A stretch of DNA of 64,000 nucleotides, from NCBI GenBank assembly GCA_964454895.1, contig CAYVTW010000011.1, positions 8,264-72,263 of the forward strand, written 5' to 3'. The position numbers and the translations under genes are program-made. The notes below the pieces were generated by a model. It was not told the DNA's origin. It saw nothing but the letters and a program-made list of their open reading frames with translations, and ran no database searches. Shown here piece after piece: positions 57,001-64,000 of this stretch (position 1 is the stretch's first letter; the number at the start of each line of letters is the position of its first letter). This DNA is from an uncultured Ignavibacterium sp. (GTDB lineage Bacteria > Bacteroidota > Ignavibacteria > Ch128b).

Positions 57001-57967
57001 TTAACTTATCGCCAATTGTTCCGCTAATATTGATCTGAACATCTTGTTTAAAGTTTGGTTCATTTCTAACATTTCCTAGTAGTGATGCTGTTACACCTTC
57101 GGTTTTTTCATTTCGCCAACTTCCATCGATTGTAACTGCACCATTAATTCTAAGATTGATTTTTGGTGGACCGAAAATGCTTAAGACAGGATTAGTAGGA
57201 ATTGGAATATCTATGTTCGTTATTTGTGCAAATATATCGCCTAGTTCTTTTTTACCTAACTTTACATCATACTTATAAGCTAATTCTTCCCAATTCCTTC
57301 TATTTATGTAAGCAAGCCTTAACTGAATGTATTGCTCGATTGGAATTGTCGCACGGACTTTCCAATCTTTTCCATCTATTGTTTCTTTAACGATTACAAA
57401 TTTCCCGGTTGAGTCTAAAGCAACAGATCTACTTACAAGCGCATCAGGAACTTTAAGGAAAAATGGATTATTTCTTTTTTCAAATAGACTAACATAAGGA
57501 TAATCTTTCCGCTTATATTGAAAATGTTTAAGTCTCGCTGTTGAATCTATTGCTAAAGTGTCTATTGTTAAAAGAGAGTCTATTATTTGAATTGAGTCCT
57601 TTGCACCTGAAAGTAGTAAATCTTGTTCAGTTATCTTTTTTATTTCTTCTTCAAGTTTTAGCTTTTCATCAACATCATCAGTATCTGAAGGAACAACAGA
57701 ACTCAGTTGGGATTTCAAATTTTCAATTGAGATCAAATTTGAAATATTTAATTCAGAATTATTGGTCTGTTGTTCGTATAAGGATTTTTCAAAGTTAAAA
57801 TCGCCAGTTACTTGAGTTGTGAAATTAGAAAAATTAAAAATTGATGGATAGAGTTTATCGCCAAATGTATTGTAGGTTTGCTTGTTTCCTGAATTAATTA
57901 TGATATGTCCAAGAAACACAAACGATAAAATTGGTAGAATGTATTTGATCGAGTGAACAGCTTTCAT
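51089..57967 (-). CDS. sprA: Giant (2292 aa) secreted beta-rich cell-surface protein, candidate T9SS translocon SprA/Sov homologue
   Basis: Signal peptide, very large size (F. johnsoniae SprA about 2400 aa), long tracts of alternating beta-strand-like sequence ending ...EAGLNINLTI; co-occurrence with several T9SS-CTD cargo genes in the window. Assignment rests on size, composition and context only. Confidence 0.45.
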   Translation of the reverse strand: MKAVHSIKYILPILSFVFLGHIIINSGNKQTYNTFGDKLYPSIFNFSNFTTQVTGDFNFEKSLYEQQTNNSELNISNLISIENLKSQLSSVVPSDTDDVDEKLKLEEEIKKITEQDLLLSGAKDSIQIIDSLLTIDTLAIDSTARLKHFQYKRKDYPYVSLFEKRNNPFFLKVPDALVSRSVALDSTGKFVIVKETIDGKDWKVRATIPIEQYIQLRLAYINRRNWEELAYKYDVKLGKKELGDIFAQITNIDIPIPTNPVLSIFGPPKINLRINGAVTIDGSWRNEKTEGVTASLLGNVRNEPNFKQDVQINISGTIGDKLTIMADWNTQNTFEYENQLKIKYTGYADEIVQSVEAGNVSLQTSPLVGGGEALFGVKARFQLGPLWLTAIASQKKGEVKEKVLSGGAEAQQFKKRVYEYSTNHYFVDTIYADTSPQLNIFNKYYGNPTPIPVDYYRIKDIEVWKTITGLPNPKERRANAYIHLDPRQRNQNYPESLRDNIDAVPGQIEVGRFIKLDPSEYIVHYETGYITFKTQINETDAIAVSYRMEADPGNENDFFYGEFVADVPDTVTLILKLIKPANLQPQYKTAWKLQLRNIYPLGVRNVKKENFRLDIFYEIPGQEPTNNWNGIRFLNAFGLDKVDKADNPNPDGEFDFRPGITINTETGEVIFPVLQPFGKNLPFGIPDSLSYQDVYDTLQSIARLNSARDKFVIMGQSSGTTASTFNLGFNIVEGSVRVRLAGRELVPNVDYIVDYNTGQLIIRNEQALLPNADLRISYEENTLFQLAAKSLFGIRGEMDLSQRTKLGFSMLTLNQQTLSDKVRVGEEPILNSIYGIDAQTSFDLPFITNFLNNFISTREMSVFSARGEAAYINPDPNTKKSTIASDRGQSVAYIDDFEGAKQIMSIGVNYTSWKPASPPKGYPFSDIDTVIMKRKAKTFWFNRLPSDVLVQQIWPKKTVARGNEQVTVLDVVYSPFLRGEYNYYPDLAFPDLNWGGLMKLLSSTASNFLDQNIEFIEFWVLPQKVPQNAKLYIDVGKISEDVIPNKKLDTEDKNFNELIDQGEDVGLDGIPDDVERQLYPQLGADPSGDNFFFNLGTQNYTGINGTEGNASLTEAGRFPDTEDLNRNGVLDVINSYFQYEIPLDTNTATNPYIVGGGVETRWYQFRIPLNEFKKKIGEPSFTNIDMIRLWFNGISDSMHIRIAEFNLVGNQWRKAIKDDPRISLSVVNIEDNSPYYYSPPDVGRELDRTQQTTGTERIYKNEQSLAMGIHNLKYKESVFAVKVLYRPMDVFNYREMKLYYHGDKTLRNGDILVRFGIDSNNYYEYREPIREGWQNIGIKFSEITAIKQKRDSITQIVKVPVDGGPDGSFYSIRGNPSLTQIGMFLIGVTHERAQNPLDTLELLNGELWINELRLIGADDREGWAYTTSFALNFGDFIRVNFNYSRTNPFFHRLEERFGSRVLRSNWGFSGSIDFTKLFPSEMKGSALTLNYSRTEQIDKPLFLPNTDIVVDEAVEQNYQRLIEKGFDEQSARRAADGLKTASQSYSQNESWSLSSIKLFIPSNFFLIKDIWNNLGFGFNFSRRFARSPQLESQKDWQWNFVAQYSYMFSPNNYIQGKDIPVIGDFFELIKDISNWRFYYSPSNIGMNFNVSRNRATSVYRTDPSKPNIQRDFRANRGLQFGWKLTDGGFLNPAISYAIDFGSSYAHLETYLDSVKTSTGRDSVFEIQRPDRDIFRDIFKSNLFGRDFSFGQRFEIRTQPRFPSLFNLNNYISLQLGYSVDYRWQNNFQQVELGRSASFANNITTGLTIRWKQIWAPLFEDQPVQEKQRAPQVDPRNRRQIRDIPDDAKPTEYPGMLQNQQTQTTSDTAEVKKPSSILLLFTAIKKGFRWLLLDYENFTINFSQRNSSMNNGLAGMNSGITNFWNFFTKNKDENGPPRLYQLGLSTNPGRRARNGNLSDQITQSNSIDLRTSRMLWEGARMDLSWKLNWSFNRTTTIQTDSLGNIKVTNIASSGTIDRSFITLPPFLIFSFFKNDIKRVNELYNPNAPNPKENLADAFVEGFETLPIFGKLPLLKKFSKYIPRPNWNITWDGLEKFSIFNSFATRVSLQHSYNSSFARAWRLNPDGIEETQSQKISYGFQPLIGMNITFKPWGGGNLGGQFKIGSVVSYDMGVQSRNISETFSRDISFSINYTKSGFDVPFLGISLKNDLNISISYTQMRNSTVVYDMLNFKEGGTPQDGTIRTTLEPRIRYVISSRLTIAIYYRRVKVEPEGASKIPPTTTNEAGLNINLTI

Positions 57968-58100
57968 TTAGAGTATCTTATCAAAAATTGTTTCAAATAT
58001 AATGATTCAAATCAGTAGAATTTAAACGATAAGATACTCCTCCACTTTATGGAAGGATTTAACCATTGGAGATAAAAGTTGGAATTTTATCTTTTGCATT

Positions 58101-58802
58101 TCAAAATTGAGTAATATCTTCATCGAAAACTTGAATTTGAATTTTATCAACGATTTCATTTTCGTTTACAATTACAGAAGTTAGTTTGTTTCCGTAAGCA
58201 CAACCAGTATCAATATAAACAACATTGGCATTTTTATCATGCATTATTTCGAATTTTCTTGTATGTCCTATTATCTGAATTTTTCCAATATTGATTAACC
58301 CATCTCTAACCCAGATAACTGAGTCATCGCTTTCTAAGTCTTGAGACAAAACTTTTTCTATTAAATTATCGTGACTACCATCAAGCTTATATTCTTTGAA
58401 ATATCTTTTATAAACTTTAGAAATTCCTGCATGACAAACGAATGCATCTTTTGTATTGTAAAAAAGTTTTAATTGTTCAACATATTCAAGATGTGGTTCG
58501 AGGCTCTTGGGATTATTTTTATAAGAATTCAATGTCGCTATATGTCCGTTGTAAACCCAAGCTCGCGCCATTAGAGAGAAAGGTTCTCGAAAGTATTGAA
58601 GAAACATGTAATCATGATTACCGAGACATACTTTTATATTATTTGAAGAACAGAAGTGAATTACTTCACAGGAAAAATTACCCCTATCAACTAAATCACC
58701 AACAGAGTACACCTCAATATCAGGATATTTTATCTTAATCAGTGAATAAAGTTCTTTCAAAGTATTATAACAACCGTGGATATCTCCAATTACTGCTATC
58801 AT
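58101..58802 (-). CDS. Calcineurin-like metallophosphoesterase (PPP-family Ser/Thr phosphatase / ApaH-like)
   Basis: Metallophosphatase motifs GDIHG, GDLVDRG, GNHD, and later H residues; 233 aa. Confidence 0.75.
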   Translation of the reverse strand: MIAVIGDIHGCYNTLKELYSLIKIKYPDIEVYSVGDLVDRGNFSCEVIHFCSSNNIKVCLGNHDYMFLQYFREPFSLMARAWVYNGHIATLNSYKNNPKSLEPHLEYVEQLKLFYNTKDAFVCHAGISKVYKRYFKEYKLDGSHDNLIEKVLSQDLESDDSVIWVRDGLINIGKIQIIGHTRKFEIMHDKNANVVYIDTGCAYGNKLTSVIVNENEIVDKIQIQVFDEDITQF

Positions 58803-60145
58803 ATATAATTATTTTTCTTTGCATAAAATTTTAATTCATCCCTAAAGTCTGGATGAGCAATATTAATCATTTGAAGTGCTCTTTCCCTAATACTTTTACC
58901 GTGCAAATAAGCAACACCATACTCTGTAACTACATAATGAACATCAGCACGATTAGTAACAACACCAGCACCTGGTTTTAAAGTAGAAACAATCCTCGAA
59001 ATTTTAAAGTCTTTCGTAGTCGATGGAAGCGCAATTATTGGTTTACCACCTTCCGACCGTGCAGCACCACGAATGAAATCAACCTGTCCACCAAATCCAG
59101 AATACAACCTTGAACCAATTGAGTCAGAACAAACTTGACCTGTAATATCAACTTCAAGAGCTGAGTTTATCGCAACCATTTTGTAATTCTGAGCAATTAC
59201 GAAGGGATCATTTACATATTCTTGTGGATGGAATTCAATTGATGGATTATTATCAATGTAGTCGTAAAGTTTTCTACTGCCCAATACAAATCCTGCAATA
59301 GTTTTTCCCACATGAAGTTTTTTTCTTCGATTGGTGATTATTCCTTTATTAACAAGATCTATAATTCCATCTGAGAACATTTCCGAATGAATACCTAAAT
59401 CTTTTTTATTATCAAGAAATTTTGCCACTGAATCTGGTATTACTCCAATTCCCATCTGAATGGTAGAACCATCATCAATTAAATCAGCGATGTTTTGACC
59501 AATTTTAATGTAAATCTCCATCATCTCAGGAGTGATATCTTCTTTCACTTGTGGTAATTCGGCAATTGGCTCATCGACTTCAACTATATATGACAACTTA
59601 TTTATGTGAATAAAACTATCGCCAAGTGCTCGAGGCATTTGTGGATTAATTTGAGCAATTATAGTATCGGCGTTTTCAGCAGCGGTTTTGATTATTCCCA
59701 CTTCAACACCTAAACTACAGAAACCATGTTCATCTGGAGGTGAAAGATGAACAAATGCAATATTCGGTTTTATCAATCCCTTAGCAAAAAGCAAGGGATA
59801 TTCATATAGGTAAATTGGTACAAAATCAGCTCTTCCTTCATTAACAGCTTTCCTTGCAGCAGCACCCATAAAAAAAGAGATGTGCCTAAACGCTTTTTCC
59901 ATACCTGGTTGAAGATAAGGTAAATCACCAACAGTTAAAGCGTGAAGAATTTCAACATTCTCTAATTCATCTTTCCGAGCAACAAGAGCATTAATGAGTG
60001 TCATAGGAAAAGCACAATTACCATGCATCACAATCTTATCACCTGATTTTACAATTCTTACAGCTTCTTCCGGAGTTCTTAATTTCGATTTGTAATTCTG
60101 TAACCAGAAAGTTGATTTAATATTTTTATTTAAGATTTCCTGCAT
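58799..60145 (-). CDS. Acetyl-CoA hydrolase/transferase family protein (4-hydroxybutyrate / succinyl-CoA:acetate CoA-transferase-like)
   Basis: 448 aa with the two-domain AcetylCoA_hydro layout; conserved blocks ...GKSIRERA..., GGQVDF, and N-terminal ...PEEAVRIVKSGDKIV... Confidence 0.75.
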   Translation of the reverse strand: MQEILNKNIKSTFWLQNYKSKLRTPEEAVRIVKSGDKIVMHGNCAFPMTLINALVARKDELENVEILHALTVGDLPYLQPGMEKAFRHISFFMGAAARKAVNEGRADFVPIYLYEYPLLFAKGLIKPNIAFVHLSPPDEHGFCSLGVEVGIIKTAAENADTIIAQINPQMPRALGDSFIHINKLSYIVEVDEPIAELPQVKEDITPEMMEIYIKIGQNIADLIDDGSTIQMGIGVIPDSVAKFLDNKKDLGIHSEMFSDGIIDLVNKGIITNRRKKLHVGKTIAGFVLGSRKLYDYIDNNPSIEFHPQEYVNDPFVIAQNYKMVAINSALEVDITGQVCSDSIGSRLYSGFGGQVDFIRGAARSEGGKPIIALPSTTKDFKISRIVSTLKPGAGVVTNRADVHYVVTEYGVAYLHGKSIRERALQMINIAHPDFRDELKFYAKKNNYI

Positions 60146-60157
60146 CTCTTTTCCACC

Positions 60158-61279
60158 CTAATTGTTTGAGAAGAAAAATAATTTTTTAAATTCCAGATCA
60201 AATAGTTCTGCCAAAGTTTCGTTTGTACAACTTCCATTAAAAGTGCATACTCCTTTAGAAAGTCCAACATTAACCTTTAAAGCTTCTTCGAGCCCCATTT
60301 CTGCTATTTGCAACACATAATCAATTATCGCATTATTTAAACCGTAGCTCGCAGTTCTAGGAACAAGCGCTGGAATATTAGGAACACAATAATGAATAAC
60401 ATTATGTTGTATATAAACCGGATTAGAAATCGTAGTTGGTCTACTTGTTTCGACACATCCTCCTTGATCTATCGAGACATCAATTAATACTGAACCTGGT
60501 TTCATCGATTTAACCATATTCTCAGTAACCAAATGGGGTGTTTTCTCACCTTTTATTAAAACAGCACCAATCAATACATCTGCAAATTTTACAGCTCGCT
60601 CAATTGTGTATGGATTTAAAACAACTGTAGTAACTGATTTCCCGAGTAATTCTTCAATTTTCTTCAATTTGTTTAAATCTTTATCAAGAATGATAACTTG
60701 AGCACCGATACCAAGAGCAGCCCGAGCAGCAGTTGTTCCTACTGTACCAGCTCCTAAAATGACTACTGCAGCAGGAGCTACGCCAGGAATTCCACCGAGC
60801 AACATTCCTCTACTTATATCAAAATTCTTTTCAAGATATCTTGCAGCAATTTGAATTGAGACTTGACCAGCTATTTCACTCATTACGCTTAAAATTGGTA
60901 ACCTGCCTTCTGTATCTTCAACAAGTTCAAATCCAATAGAATTAATTTTCTTGTTAAGAAGAATTTCCAAAATCTTCCTTCTCATAAAAAGATGGAGGAA
61001 AGAGAAAACGGTCTGTTCTGGATTTAGCTTCTGTGCTTCATCTTCGGTAAAAGGAGCAACTTTTAATATTAACTCTGATCGATTGATCGCTTCATCAGAT
61101 GAATAGACAATTCCCGCACCTACTTTTTCATAATCTTCATTAGTGAATCTACTTTGAAGTCCTGCATCTTTTTCTATAAATACCTGATGCCCGTGATCAA
61201 CTAGTACCTTTACCCCTGCTGGAGTAAGAGCAACTCTTTTTTCTTCAAAATGTGTTTCTTTTAATATACCTATTCTCAT
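60158..61279 (-). CDS. ald: Alanine dehydrogenase
   Basis: MRIGILKETHFEEKRVALTP.GVK.LV..GH.V..E..AG (AlaDH/PNT N-domain) and NAD fold VVILGAGTVGTTAARAALGIGAQVIILD; 373 aa. Confidence 0.85.
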   Translation of the reverse strand: MRIGILKETHFEEKRVALTPAGVKVLVDHGHQVFIEKDAGLQSRFTNEDYEKVGAGIVYSSDEAINRSELILKVAPFTEDEAQKLNPEQTVFSFLHLFMRRKILEILLNKKINSIGFELVEDTEGRLPILSVMSEIAGQVSIQIAARYLEKNFDISRGMLLGGIPGVAPAAVVILGAGTVGTTAARAALGIGAQVIILDKDLNKLKKIEELLGKSVTTVVLNPYTIERAVKFADVLIGAVLIKGEKTPHLVTENMVKSMKPGSVLIDVSIDQGGCVETSRPTTISNPVYIQHNVIHYCVPNIPALVPRTASYGLNNAIIDYVLQIAEMGLEEALKVNVGLSKGVCTFNGSCTNETLAELFDLEFKKLFFFSNN

Positions 61280-61452
61280 TTCTTGCTCATTTTGGTTCTT
61301 AACAATTTCAATTTAAATAAAATTTGTTATTCCTTGAACTGAAAACTATTAAGGATAAGATTAATTGGAGTGATGAATTAAAACTAACAGAAAAAGCTAT
61401 CTCAAATCAGCCCTTTCCTATCTCGATCGTAAAACCTATAAACAAAAGCTAA

Positions 61453-63840
61453 CTAAAATTCATATTGAGCAAAGAAATTCAAAATAGATTCATTTTTAAT
61501 TGGTTTTGCATTAAACAGGTAACGAATATTCAAATTCATGGAGAAATTCGGTTGAAAATAATATTGATTAATGAAATCTATAAGTGTTCGTTTTAAATCT
61601 CCCATATAAGGATTTACAGAAAGTGTAGTTCTTAGTTTATTATTAAAAGAATTTATTCGCGAGCCAAAGTTTAGAGAATAGTACTCGTACTTTGAAAAAG
61701 CTAACTTAGATTCACTAATGGACGTACCCAGGATAGTTGAGAATGTTTTTGACCAAAAATTTTGTATAGAAAAATTCACCGACAAAAAACTAGCTGAAAG
61801 TTTTTTGTGTGTATAATCCTTTTTATTGCTCGTTATTATGTTTAGAAATATTCGATGTAGAATATTCAATCTTAAATCATAATTAGAAGAAATTGAAAAT
61901 TGGTTTGTCATATCGTTAAGATAATTTTGTAGTCGTATAGTGTCAGTTGAAAAAGGATCAATATCATTTTTGATCTTATAATTTGAATAGCCAAAAGTCA
62001 CATTTGGGAAATTTCTTCTGAGATAAAACGAAATACTACCCTCTATATTTCTAAAGTTTGTAGTCGCGATTTTAGTTTTCTGTAAATTATCTTTTAGATT
62101 TTCGTAACTAACTGAGAAGAAAACTCTATTCTCGAACAAAGCAATTCTATCCATCACTTGAAAACCTGCGATGTCATTTCTCAAAAAGTTTTGACCGAAT
62201 GTAGTAAAATCATTACCACGATATATGTAAGATGCTCTAAAAAGATTTCCAAAATAATTTATACTTAACATCGCATCTGCTGCAAGAGTGGGAAATTCTT
62301 GAGGGTTAAGAGGAACAATAAATTGATTAATAGTAATGAAATTTTTTCCAATATCTCGTAGTCTCTTGATCATAGCTGGGTCTCCACCAAAAGGTTTCCC
62401 TGCACCAAAAAGTGAGTCAATCATCTTGTCTGTAAAATTACCAGTTGAAATATCATTGTTGATTAAAGCAAACGCTCCTTGAGCTTTGAGCAGTATTCTT
62501 TGATTATCAATTCCGACAGTCAAATCAGAACCGATAACAACATTTTCTTTCGGTCTTGCACCAAAATTTATTGAGCCCAATTCATCTTTTGAATGCAAAT
62601 AAGTAAATCCTAGTTGAAAATTTTGTCCTCGTCCAAAATATGGTCTAATTGCAAATAATCTTCGTTGATAAGTTCCAAGATAAACTCTTGCAAAAGGTTG
62701 ACCATATTTTGCTGAATCTACAGGAATTACATTGGTTCCAATTACTGCACTATCTCTCGAATAAAGTTGTAGTAATTCACCTTCTACTTTTCTGGTTATT
62801 TCACCATAAGAAGTTTGGATATTAAAAAATCCTAACTCCAAATTGCCTGTAATTCCTCTTAATCTTTTACCGTTCATAATTAATGTTGGATAAGTTGGAT
62901 AATGATCGCCAACATAAAGCTTAAACACATCAAGATCCATAGCAAGTGAAAATCTGTTTTGCGGTTGTAAATATGATTTTTCTTCATTTGTGAGAGAAAT
63001 ATTCATAGTTGAATTCAAGATACCATACCCACCTTTGAATGAAGCATTTAATCGGTTAAAATTAAAATTACCAGCTCTCATGTTCTCATAATTTGATTCA
63101 AATCTTAATTGACCATCGTATTTAAATTTTGGTTTCGTGACCATTTGTTTAACTTCTTCGGAAACTATTCTAAATCCAAAATTAGAAATTGAAAGCGGTT
63201 TAACACTTGAATCATATAAAACAATCTTTAAATTATTTAGACCTTCTTTAAGATTTTGGTACTTACCTTGTGGAAGTAAAATCAGGTCTTGGTTAAAAAC
63301 TAAAAGTGCTGTTATCTCAACATCATTTAACCAGATTCTTGTGTATTCTTTTTTAACTTTCTGACTCGTTCTGAGTAATGAGATTGCAAGAAAGAAATCT
63401 CCTTTTGTTAAAGGCTCTTCAGGATCAGGACTTAGAATAATAATTTTTTCATCAATCTCTTCTCTCTTTTTCACGTTTACTCTGTAGTAATTACCCGTTT
63501 CAGCAGCTCTAAATGGAAAATTCAAGACCTGTCCCTTTGTTGTCATAACCTTAATGTAATATTCTACATAAGGAAATGTAACATAATCAGCAGGAATAAC
63601 AGCAGAAATAGTGTTCCCTTGAATTTTCATTTCGATTACTGAAAGTTCAAACTTGCCAAATGTTCTGTAGTAAAGAAATGCTTGTTGTATCTCAAATTCA
63701 GATGAAATATCTATTCGTACTAGTAAAGGTTGATTTTCGTCAATCTCCTGTGTTTCGGGGTCAGTTATAAATTCCTGTTGTGCAAGAACTTTTTCAAGAC
63801 AGAGCACAATCAATAGAACAACAAAAAATTTTTTTTCCAT
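61453..63840 (-). CDS. Large outer-membrane beta-barrel protein of unknown function
   Basis: Signal peptide MEKKFFVVLLIVLCLEKVLAQQ, 795 aa, beta-strand-rich C-terminal half ending in aromatic ...FAQYEF (OMP C-terminal signature). Confidence 0.45.
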   Translation of the reverse strand: MEKKFFVVLLIVLCLEKVLAQQEFITDPETQEIDENQPLLVRIDISSEFEIQQAFLYYRTFGKFELSVIEMKIQGNTISAVIPADYVTFPYVEYYIKVMTTKGQVLNFPFRAAETGNYYRVNVKKREEIDEKIIILSPDPEEPLTKGDFFLAISLLRTSQKVKKEYTRIWLNDVEITALLVFNQDLILLPQGKYQNLKEGLNNLKIVLYDSSVKPLSISNFGFRIVSEEVKQMVTKPKFKYDGQLRFESNYENMRAGNFNFNRLNASFKGGYGILNSTMNISLTNEEKSYLQPQNRFSLAMDLDVFKLYVGDHYPTYPTLIMNGKRLRGITGNLELGFFNIQTSYGEITRKVEGELLQLYSRDSAVIGTNVIPVDSAKYGQPFARVYLGTYQRRLFAIRPYFGRGQNFQLGFTYLHSKDELGSINFGARPKENVVIGSDLTVGIDNQRILLKAQGAFALINNDISTGNFTDKMIDSLFGAGKPFGGDPAMIKRLRDIGKNFITINQFIVPLNPQEFPTLAADAMLSINYFGNLFRASYIYRGNDFTTFGQNFLRNDIAGFQVMDRIALFENRVFFSVSYENLKDNLQKTKIATTNFRNIEGSISFYLRRNFPNVTFGYSNYKIKNDIDPFSTDTIRLQNYLNDMTNQFSISSNYDLRLNILHRIFLNIITSNKKDYTHKKLSASFLSVNFSIQNFWSKTFSTILGTSISESKLAFSKYEYYSLNFGSRINSFNNKLRTTLSVNPYMGDLKRTLIDFINQYYFQPNFSMNLNIRYLFNAKPIKNESILNFFAQYEF

Positions 63841-63889
63841 TCTTCTCTTCTACCTTTTATTAATTTTTTTAATTCAGTTTCGCAAGATT

Positions 63890-63921
63890 AAGATGAAAAT
63901 AAAATCCCGCATTTGCGGGAT
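63890..63921 (-). terminator. Intrinsic terminator on minus strand (ATCCCGC-aaau-GCGGGAU followed by UUUUAUUUUC), terminating an off-window gene to the right
   Basis: 7-bp GC stem read directly; U-tract only on the minus-strand side. Confidence 0.5.
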
Positions 63922-64000
63922 CGTAAAGTAACTAATCTAGAACCAGGCTATTTTTTTTATGAAATACATAAAAGGTAATCACTCAATTAATTCATTATTC

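Noticed and set aside
53302-57798. Several 60-100-aa + strand ORFs inside the SprA-like gene
   Set aside because: All antisense to a continuous 6.9-kb open frame with signal peptide; no features.
1-64000. CRISPR arrays, integrases/transposases, tRNA or rRNA genes
   Set aside because: No regularly spaced direct repeats, no recombinase/transposase-like translations in any listed ORF, and no tRNA-like structures found on manual scan.

Overview
This 64 kb window is low-GC (about 33%), densely coding bacterial chromosome. Four or more predicted secreted proteins end in a C-terminal '...(F/Y)QNYPNPFN(P)...' T9SS/Por sorting domain, which, with the base composition, points to an Ignavibacteria/Bacteroidetes-Chlorobi-group organism (inference; no database search was possible).

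Core content:
- A conserved rimP-nusA-infB-rbfA-truB-ribF-rpsO-pnp cluster on the minus strand (42.8-49.6 kb).
- RNase G, and an actinobacterial-style fused 2-oxoglutarate dehydrogenase E1/E2 (OdhA/Kgd-like, 1216 aa).
- ilvE, rsmI, rlmD, alanine dehydrogenase, a CoA-transferase, a hybrid PAS histidine kinase and single-domain response regulators.

Accessory-looking content:
- (i) A cellulose-synthase-like exopolysaccharide locus (6.5-13.2 kb). It has a BcsB homologue, a small beta-barrel OMP, and a BcsA-like processive GT2 (DxD/TED/QRSRW motifs). The GT2 lacks the C-terminal PilZ domain and instead carries an N-terminal GspE_N/MshEN-type domain, a c-di-GMP-binding fold. A GT-C-like polytopic membrane protein and a CheY-like regulator follow.
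- (ii) A cluster of T9SS cargo genes: a 1.8k-aa adhesin-like protein with seven SdrD-B/Cna-B repeats and an internally duplicated N-terminal module, a GH13 amylase/pullulanase, an S1/P1 nuclease and a putative glycoside hydrolase. A 2292-aa SprA/Sov-like giant protein lies nearby.
- (iii) A tight four-gene operon: FAD-linked oxidase, threonine-synthase-like PLP enzyme, MocA-like NTP transferase, XdhC. There is no adjacent molybdo-hydroxylase.

Other observations:
- Several intrinsic terminators and hairpins, including an orphan plus-strand terminator upstream of the giant adhesin gene (candidate sRNA).
- A hairpin plus U-tract immediately 5' of rimP (attenuator-like).
- A perfect 8-5-8 dyad between a GbsR-like regulator and an aldehyde dehydrogenase.
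- One track ORF (20714..21157) is labelled '+' but is only open on the minus strand.
- No CRISPR arrays, tRNA/rRNA genes or obvious mobile elements were seen.
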